Assembly: GCA_951406725.2 (NCBI GenBank)
Contig: OX597819.1
Coordinates: 111,786,001-111,850,000 of the forward strand
From: Octopus vulgaris
Taxonomy: Eukaryota
Direction of reading: 5' to 3'
DNA length: 64,000 bases
Shown here: one piece after another, positions 53,951-64,000 of the stretch
Numbering within the stretch: the stretch's first letter is position 1
How the letters are laid out: the number at the start of each line of letters is the position of its first letter
Program-made: the position numbers and the translations under genes
Notes under the pieces: generated by a model
Database searches by the model: none
Seen by the model: only the letters and a program-made list of their open reading frames with translations
Told to the model about the DNA's origin: nothing

Positions 53951-54292
53951 CATTGTATTATACTGTATTGAAATACACTGTAGTTTGCGTTTTAGTGCTG
54001 TGTTGCGGGTGGATGTACTGCGATGCGGGAATTTGGTATGCTTTTACTATATTGTCATAAAAGGTTGTTTGTTTGTTATTTTTGTTTTGTTTTCGTTTTG
54101 TTTTGTTTTGTTTTTGTTTGTTTTGTTTTTTTGTTTTTGTATATTAATATATATGTGGTATTTTTTCCAGTTTAGGAAGAATATGATATGTTTATAGCTA
54201 AACTTCTATTTCGAAAGTCAGACAATTGGCACAGAATTGAAAACTAATTATTCAGCTCAACCTAGTTTTGTAACTATTGTTTGATGTTTCAA

Positions 54293-54343
<51 letters not shown>

Positions 54344-54345
54344 GT

Positions 54346-54406
<61 letters not shown>

Positions 54407-54590
54407 ACAAGTATATATGGAGGGCAGAGATTATGAGAGATATATGTATTCAATTATGCATATGTGTGTGTGTACGTGTATATGCATGCATACATTTATT
54501 TGTATATATATTTATATATGTTTATGTATATATATATATGAGTGTATATATATATATATAGATATATATACATATACATACACACACACG

Positions 54591-54637
<47 letters not shown>

Positions 54638-54662
54638 CACACTCACACGCATACATACATAC

Positions 54663-54708
<46 letters not shown>

Positions 54709-55345
54709 TATACACGTAAGTTAATCTATATATATATATACATCTGCGTGTCTAAATGTGTGCTCACAAATAAGCAAAACCAATATTCTATCGCCGTCGC
54801 ACCGTTGATCATACCCAAAGTACAGTGATATTTAAACACGGAGACGAACTACAAACATTAAACAGAAATGAAAAAGTCGATAAAAATATAGTCTAACTCC
54901 CTCCAGAAATCTACGTAAAATCATTCATTGAAGGCTTACTTTTACCATTTATAGAACACAAAAGATACGTAGTTTTACTTTCACGTAATAGAGATGCGAG
55001 CAACAAAAGTTTGAAAGCTTTTAAACATGTTCTTCTTAATGTATTCAGTATCAGCATTTATAATCATATTGATACAACAATTCTTGCGTAAACTAGGCTC
55101 GAATTTAAAATCTATAAAATTTCTCCTCAAAACGTATTAATATTCGCAGACAAATCAATAAGCTTTTGTTTACAGAATAATCAAAGATTCTTAGAGCAAT
55201 AGTTTTTACACAATAGCATAACAAAAACCTTATAAAAAAATAACAACCTACACACGGTGAAAATTGCACAGAAGCATGCAATACTAAGCTATAAAGCAGT
55301 CGAGACAAACTTAAATGCACCGCTAAAAACTAACCTTCATCCAAT

Positions 55346-55403
<58 letters not shown>

Positions 55404-55527
55404 TTTACTTTTATTTTGGACATGACATAAGTAGTATTTAGAACTCTATCTGCATTTTTATCTATTGAAGAGGGAGAAACCTACGAAGTTCAGTCGAAAT
55501 TTTCTTTTATTGGGTTCCATAGTCAGT

Positions 55528-55609
55528 ATCCGACGAAGTGAGACTTAGTAACCTTAACTACTCTAGATTGCCTAATTCGACCATTATCTCCACTGAAACC
55601 CTGTAAGAT
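55528..55609 (+). ncRNA. Degenerate hammerhead with long helix II
   Basis: atc-(C)CGACGA-AGTGAGA...TCTCCACT-GAAA-CCCTG-TA-AGAT. Confidence 0.45.
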
Positions 55610-55719
55610 GGTGTCATTAAACTTGTGACTCTACTCTCTTATATATGTATGTATGTATATGTGTGTATGTATGTATGTACATATATGTGTCTGCGTGTGT
55701 GTTAGTGTGTGTGTGTGAT

Positions 55720-56040
55720 TTCAACAAGCTATTCAGGCGCATGAAGCTGGGTAAAGCTTTTGGGTCTTTGAGTTTTTCCCGCACGTAGATCCTGAGCTTA
55801 GAAATCATCTGATACTCCTTATCCTCAAGTTCTGGGAACGCAAAATCCCACCGAACGACTTCCGTGATGCAACTATCATCACCATCTACAAGAAGGGAGA
55901 CCGTGAGGGTTGCAGCAACTATCGGGGCATCTCACACCTGAGTATTGCAAGCAAGCTCTTCGCCCGTATCCTACTCAATCACCACCTCATCCTCGCGGGA
56001 GACGTCCTCCCTGAGTCCAAGTGTGGTTTTCGACCCTAGG
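55720..56040 (+). pseudogene. RTE-clade LINE reverse transcriptase fragment
   Basis: PNDFRDATIITIYKKGDREGCSNYRGISHLSIASKLFARILLN...VLPESKCGFRP. Confidence 0.85.
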
Positions 56041-56263
56041 AAACATCGTCTCCAGCTGCCTGAGGAACAGAAATAACCCAGAAACTGCGGTCCACAGATA
56101 TTGCTTTGTGCTGAGTGGAGATGCTAAACTCTCCTGTTCGAAAATATAAGGACACATTGTATCGTATAGTCAGCTGGGGACGATGTTTCCTGGAGCTAAA
56201 TAACAGTAACATTTGTCTCAACCGGGACTGTCACATTATCTTGGCAAATAATCTTTATCCATC

Positions 56264-56893
<630 letters not shown>

Positions 56894-56919
56894 TATAGAT
56901 ACATACATACATACATACA

Positions 56920-56999
<80 letters not shown>

Positions 57000-57010
57000 T
57001 TAATTAAATA

Positions 57011-57049
<39 letters not shown>

Positions 57050-57063
57050 TTAATTAAATAATA

Positions 57064-57108
<45 letters not shown>

Positions 57109-57119
57109 TTAATTAAATA

Positions 57120-57157
<38 letters not shown>

Positions 57158-57158
<1 letters not shown>

Positions 57159-57395
57159 CATATATGGATACAGGATGTCACCAACGGTGAAAATAACATG
57201 AAATACGTAAACAAAGGAGGGAAAAACGTAAAAAACGAGAAAAATGGAAAACAGGACAAGTCAATTGATGAAGAGTTCTTTCTCTGAGTTAACTTGTTCT
57301 GTTTTCCATTTCTTCTAGTCGTTTACGTTTTTTCTTCGTTTGTTTACGTATTTTATGCTATTTGCACCGTAGGTGACGTCCTGTGCGCATATATG
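57158..57395. repeat. Diverged fold-back (~100-bp arms) of a (TA)n-associated element family
   Basis: 57160-57261 is inverted at 57292-57395; related sequence at 58105-58220 and, inverted, 58480-58650. Confidence 0.7.
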
Positions 57396-57396
57396 C

Positions 57397-57443
<47 letters not shown>

Positions 57444-57530
57444 CCAACCGTGCTGTTTTACTGCTGTGATACTAAGGTATCGGTTAAACTTTTATTAATA
57501 TACAAGATTATTCATCTTTCTATTTCACAT

Positions 57531-57590
<60 letters not shown>

Positions 57591-57825
57591 TATGTATTAT
57601 TTATTATTTAATTGAACGCGACGCATCCATTTCCAAGTAAGTTTATCTTCCCCATTTTGATGCAACTCTCTACTCTATACGGTTTTCTTCCTCCATCCTT
57701 CTCTAATTCCCTTCTCCTCTCTTTCTCTCTCTCTCTGCCATTGCTCACACTTGACCATCGTCCATCCTTCTTTTCTTCATGTGATCATCTTTCTTTTCCT
57801 GCCCAGATGTTTAAACGAACTGACG

Positions 57826-57856
<31 letters not shown>

Positions 57857-58254
57857 TCTATCTTTTCTCTTCTCAAAAACTGTTTCTCCCAGTGTTCACT
57901 ATCTTCCTCTCGCTCTGATCTAACGACCTTCCATGTTAATTTCGTTCTGTTTCCTTGTATGTCTCCACAGTCATTTTTTCGTTCCCATCTTTGACCCTCT
58001 ATAAATCCTTTTTTTTTTTTCATTTTAGAATTTATGGAAGCAACTGTCTTTGAAGACTCATATTGTCGCTGAATGCTCGAAATGAGGAGTAGATATTCAG
58101 CCGACAACTGATGAAGGGTCCTTTCTCTGTATTTACTTGCCCAGTTTTCCATTTTTTCTCGTTGTTTACGTATTTCATGTTATCTGCACTGTTGGCGACG
58201 TCCTGTACCCATATAAGCATGTGTGTATATACTATCGCGGTAGTCAAGTTATTA

Positions 58255-58359
<105 letters not shown>

Positions 58360-59236
58360 TAGATAAAACTTGGAAAAGGATGCGTGGGGTTCAATCATAT
58401 AATAATATAAATAATATATAGATATATGCATATATACATACATATATGTACATACCTACATATATATGTATACATGCATATGGATACAGGACATTAAAAA
58501 ACGTTGAACACAATGAGAAACGAAAGCATAAAACCAAAAACATAGAAACGAAGTATTTTTCGAACACAAACAGAGAAACGAGACATACAACATAAAGAAT
58601 ATTCCCCTTCTACAGTTGTCCCTGTTTCATCTACTCCGCGTTTCGAAGAACAGTTTTGTAAGCATGGATCTTTTAACAGCTTCCCAATTCACCAAAATAT
58701 GCACGAACATCATGAAGAGCGACCATGGAGAGCGACCGGATCTTTCTTTTATAGCAAGGGTACATACAGGTCTAAGAAAGTTGAAATAGGTCATTTTGAT
58801 AGTATAGAAATCTGGAGCCCTCAGAATAAATGAACATTCAACAAACTCGGTGTAAGTATGAAAAATTGAAATGAACCTTTTAACAGCAAAGTCGCTTACA
58901 TTTAACACATCTTTGAAATCATACGAGCCTTTCAATTAACTACATATAACTCCATTCTACATTCACACACAATCTAACCACCCAACGCCATCGAATATTT
59001 ACTTTAAAAGATAGACAAAAAGAATATGAATTTCATTCTTAGTTGACATCTTTAACATGGCTACCGAGTGCTACAAGAAGGGGCTAAAAAATGACTGTTA
59101 TCAAATACAACATCAAATATTCAGCAGTAACAACTACCGCCCGACCATAGAAGCCAATAAGAGTACCGCTAAATGGTTTTCCAGCCTGTTAGAGACAGCC
59201 GCTAAATATCCTGCAATTTAACCCTATCATCTCGGC

Positions 59237-59584
59237 CAGTAGTTCTCAACCATGGTTTATATAGCCCATTAGGGTTCATAAAATATTTCTGGGGGTCCAC
59301 GCAGCAAAATAGTAAATTGGGGATCCACAATAGTATTTTAAGGGACCCTGAAAAAATTTTACTTTTGATGTATGTATTGATATGTATTGCAAGAAACAGA
59401 TTTTTCTCTAACATTTTACATAGATCAACCTATTCAAGGGAATGTGTGAAAAACAAAACAGGAATTTTGAAAGAAATTTCTATAAAACTAGTTTTTAAAT
59501 ATCGAATGGCTAAAGGATGGGGTCCACCAGAATAAAATAGTAATCAAAGGGGACCATTGATAAAAAAATGATTGAGAACCCCTG
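59237..59584. mobile_element. hAT (Charlie-like) MITE
   Basis: TIRs CAGTAGTTCTCAAC / ATTGAGAACCCCTG; right flank GTCTAGAC matches the Charlie target consensus; the left TSD is decayed. Confidence 0.7.
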
Positions 59585-60629
59585 GTCTAGACAATGTAAT
59601 TCTATGTCTGAAAAAAATAGTTATTTCTAACATCATAAACAGCAACAAATCTGCCTTAAAACACAAATAAGAGAGAAATGTAGTATGGAAACAATTTATC
59701 ATTCGACATTTATTTTAAAAGTAATGTTGCAAGAAATCCCTTCTTCTTTTCCAACAAGCATTTCCGAAACAGCCGGTTATTCTTACAGTTGGTCAACAGA
59801 AATAACGTAAAGATGTGCTTCAGCTGTATGCAAAACATGTTTGATATAACCATGTGTCACAATACCAACAAACATATTTTTAATTCACGGACGAGGCCAA
59901 AGACAATTTTGATGTCGTATACACGAACATATCAAATCCATTACTCAACTAGTACATATTTTATCGCTTCCAAAAGACATCAACGCCAAAATCGACAGCA
60001 TGATTGAATTCGAAGCGTAAAAGCACGCGACTAAATACCGCAAGGCATTCTATCCAACAACTCTACCGATTCACTAACATATGAGAACAACGAAATGTCT
60101 CTATATCTGTTCACTGCCGGGTGTTATAAATTGAAGTTTAACAACATTAAATTCATCTCAGATTTTTTAATATATGCCGACTGTATATAAAATTTTTGTT
60201 AATTATTTAATCACTCCGGTAACAAATATACAATATACAAATTGGTTAAGCATTTTCAACAATACAGGTTTATACATATATGAAGAGCATATACATCAGT
60301 AGAGTCTAACATGGTAAATATACTCATTAAAAAAAACGATATAACAGTTTATTAAAATACCCTATAATGAAAAATATTTTTTAAATAGTGTTAATGATAA
60401 CTCGTCAGTTAATAATGAGAATGGAAACAACTCCGAAATTCAACTAGATTAAAAATTGGTTGGAGGATAAGAAATGGGGAGTGCTTTGATGTGTACGAAG
60501 ACTACTCTAGACATATTTCAATCTCATTTGATCGCCTTGAAAATCATAGTTTTACTCGTAATTAACAGATCTTAGAATGACTGAAATTATATAGGGTTTT
60601 CTTGAATAAAAAGCATTCAGTGATAAAAG

Positions 60630-60635
60630 ATAGAA

Positions 60636-60688
<53 letters not shown>

Positions 60689-60711
60689 GGCAGGCAGACA
60701 GACAGACAGAC

Positions 60712-60781
<70 letters not shown>

Positions 60782-60827
60782 GCAGGCAGACAGACAGGCA
60801 GACAGACAGACAGACAGACAGATAGAC

Positions 60828-60874
<47 letters not shown>

Positions 60875-60875
60875 C

Positions 60876-60949
<74 letters not shown>

Positions 60950-60950
60950 T
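60630..60950. repeat. Compound (GATA)n/(GACA)n microsatellite
   Basis: Direct inspection; begins just inside intron 1. Confidence 0.95.
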
Positions 60951-60967
60951 ATATCGGTTTAACAGAC

Positions 60968-61212
60968 CTCATTTCATCCATATCATCACTTGTCTGGAGA
61001 AGTTCAAATCCGAGAGGGAAATGTGACATGGACTTTGATCGGTGGTCAGCTAATTCATCGTTGTTTTGAAAGCGGTGTCTTTCGGAAGAAGCGAGAAGTG
61101 GGACTGAGCGCCAGCTGCGCATGTCTGCTGAGTGTGACGACGAATCGCCAATGCTCTCGTCTAAATCGTCCGAGAGTCGATCGTACGTAAGATTGTGGCT
61201 GTCTGCTTCCAT
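60968..61212 (-). CDS. UNC-93-like MFS protein, coding exon 1 (hydrophilic N-terminus MEADSHNL...DEMR)
   Basis: ATG in gccATGG context at 61212. Open, non-repetitive frame to AG|gtctgt donor (phase 2), which matches the acceptor phase of exon 2 (AG+A=Arg). The donor is weak. A possible upstream acceptor tttacag at 61264 suggests a non-coding exon further 5'. Confidence 0.65.
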
Positions 61213-62319
61213 GGCGATGTTTATTATTATTATTATTATTATTATATATTTCCAGACAGAAATCTGTAAAATCGGTGCAAGTTAGGAATACCGTGTTAGA
61301 ATTGAAATACGATATGTTGCTCAGCCGTTGTTGCGGCTCATATAAATGACTATTCCACTTGTTTTATAAAGTATGGCCACATCAAAGCGTGTGTAGTTCT
61401 TGGTGGTAATATATGACTTGTACTGAAGCTAGGTTTCGCAACCTGACCGTCGTTATCGTCGCCACCGTTTTGAATTTTGTTTTTATTGTTGCAGCTTCTG
61501 TAAATCTTGAGGCTAATTATCTCCCTTTATTTTTTGTATCCATCCACACAGAAACGTGTGTAGCTGGACAGAGCCGTATCAGTGAATAAGATACACCTCT
61601 GTTGATGATGTTCTGGCTGATGCTGCTCTCGTCGTTGCTGCTTTTCACGCCGCTCTTTCTGCTTATTCTTGTTGCTGCTCTCAGAGTTAATTATTTCCCC
61701 TTATTTTAATTACTGTTTTATTTATTAATATTTTTGTCACTACAATACTTATTGTTGTCGTTATGAATATCACCAATGCTGTTATTGCTGGCTGCTTTTG
61801 CTATTATTGCTCTTCCTGCGGCCAATTTCTCACTTTTAATCCCTTTTATAATATTTTCTCTTGTGTATACTTGTGGTTATTACTGCTACCATAATTTTTA
61901 TTGGCATTATGGTTGTTGGTGTTGTTATTGTATAGTTATTATAGATGTTTTTGACCACTAAAGTCAAATTAACTCCCCTTTGTTTTTTTTTTAATCAGTC
62001 CCTTATTTCTCTATGTGTATTCGAGTGTGCACGTAAACTTGGTTCTCGGCGTTGTCGTTGTGTTTGTTACTGTTGTTGACGTCGTCCTTGTTGTTATATA
62101 GTTTTATTAATCAAACTTAATGTTACTTAAACTTGTTTCTATTTTCTCTGCTTCTGCTTCTCCTGTTGCTGGTATGTGGATTTTGGGATTAAAGATGGTG
62201 GTAGAAAAATGTCCTGGTAAAAAAGAAAAGACAAATTACTGACATTTACTATACAACAACTATTGGGGTTTTTAGAGCATTTATCATCATTATTTTATCC
62301 TCGTCGTATATAAGAACGT

Positions 62320-62417
<98 letters not shown>

Positions 62418-62488
62418 CAGCAGCAGTAGTAGTGGTGGTGGTGGTGGTGGTGGTGGTGGTGGTGGTGGTGGTGGTAGTAGTAGTAGTC

Positions 62489-62529
<41 letters not shown>

Positions 62530-62530
<1 letters not shown>

Positions 62531-63038
62531 TGAGAGAGCAGTACATGCCACCAAAGTGACTACTCGTCTGATTAGGGCACACCTTACTCGTTTGATTAGG
62601 TACATGCATCACAGTCATATGTGTATGTTATTGATGGCCTCATATCAAGATAAACTGTACATGACATTGCAAGTAGGGCACATAATTTTTTCTTCGGGTC
62701 GAGTAGCCCATCCCGCGCAAAAGGTCCCTGAATGAGGGTTGTTTGAGTATGATAAACGAAACACTCATGTTTCCAGAGGTGAATTATTCAAACCCCATAA
62801 GAATCCATCTCAATACATAACTATGATGCTTCCCCCTCCCCCGCTACTCCAGCTCGTGGAAAGAGATGCACGTATCGTCAGCCACTCAGGGAGATGTCCA
62901 ACTGATTTAGATCAAGCATTCGACAGGCAAATCTGAGATAATGAGCCGAATATTTGCTGTAGTCCATCTTTTACAAGTCAAAACATGTACATGAAGACAC
63001 TACCAATCAGTTAAGATCATGAAACACGATAAACTATT

Positions 63039-63082
<44 letters not shown>

Positions 63083-63103
63083 TATCATCATCCTTATCAT
63101 CAA

Positions 63104-63169
<66 letters not shown>

Positions 63170-63945
63170 GGCTGCGAACTGGCAGAATCATTAGCATGCC
63201 GGACAAAATGCTTAGCAGTATTTCGCCCGTCGCTACGTTCTGAGTTCAAATTCCGCCGAGGTCGACTTTACCTTTCATTCTTTTGGGATCGATAAAATAG
63301 GTACCAGTTGAACACTGGGATCAATGTAATCGACTCATCCTCACCTCCCCCAAGCTGCCCATGTACCAAAAAAAATTTTAATAATAATGGTAATTATTAG
63401 TATTATTATTGAGTGAGAAAGCATCGCATGCCATCAAAGTGACACTGGGGTACAATTATACGAAGCCCAATATATCCATCATGACTACCCGCCTGATAAG
63501 GGTACACCAGTCACAAGCATCACAACCACATCTGCGCTGATAAACGGTGCATAACCTTGCAGGTGGGGTCCAGTTAGAATTTTCTTGAGATTGAGTAGCC
63601 CAACCCGCTCAAAAGGGACCTGAATAAGGGTTGTTTAAGGGTGATGAACGAAACACCCGTGTTTCCAGAGGTGAATTATTCAAACTCCAAAGAATCCCTC
63701 TCAACACACGGCTATGATGCTCCCCCACTACTTCTGCTAGTGATCAGAGATGCATACATCGTCAGCTACTAAGGGATATGCTCTGCTGGTTATGGTCAAA
63801 CAACTGACAAGCAAATCTGTGGTATTGAGCAGAATATTTGCTGTAGCCCATCTTTTATACCAAGACAAAACAATGTACATGATAATATTTCCAATCAGAT
63901 AAGATTAGAATCCATGAGAGCCATTGCCTAGTACTGCATCAGAGC
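62530..63945. repeat. Two diverged copies of a ~490-bp interspersed repeat (62530-63020 and 63410-63945)
   Basis: Shared gagtagccca.cccgc.caaaagg..cctgaat and gtttccagaggtgaattattcaaac; both sit in trinucleotide arrays; class not identified. Confidence 0.7.
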
Positions 63946-63961
63946 AATTATTTTCTAGATC

Positions 63962-64000
<39 letters not shown>

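Noticed and set aside
58627-58935. 102-aa minus-strand ORF inside intron 1
   Set aside because: No ATG start, no recognisable domain, and not needed for the gene's exon phase.
63880-63950. Possible HDV-like ribozyme at the end of the 63410 repeat
   Set aside because: Could not assemble the P1/P2/P3 nested pseudoknot by eye.

Overview
Eukaryotic genomic DNA, most likely an octopus (inferred from the SINE content and microsatellite density; not verified by search). Most ORFs in the supplied track are microsatellite artefacts. One complete protein-coding gene can be assembled on the minus strand: a 5-exon UNC-93-like MFS membrane protein of 731 aa (61212..26867) with a ~200-aa Ser/Thr/Pro-rich insertion. 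The rest is three abundant tRNA-derived SINE families, Tx1/L1, R4/Dong-type and RTE LINE fragments, a TSD-flanked ORF1-only retroelement, mariner and maT remnants, and several MITEs. The main unexplained signal is a diverse set of short non-coding elements, mostly inserted in (TA)n arrays, that carry type I hammerhead ribozymes. These have CUGANGA...GAAA...UH cores, covarying helix I, self-complementary helix III and often a very long helix II. They occur as ~470-490-nt tandem or permuted monomers and as large fold-back inverted repeats, consistent with retrozyme / Penelope pseudo-LTR biology. A decayed Penelope-type GIY-YIG remnant is also present. All folds were read by eye, not computed.
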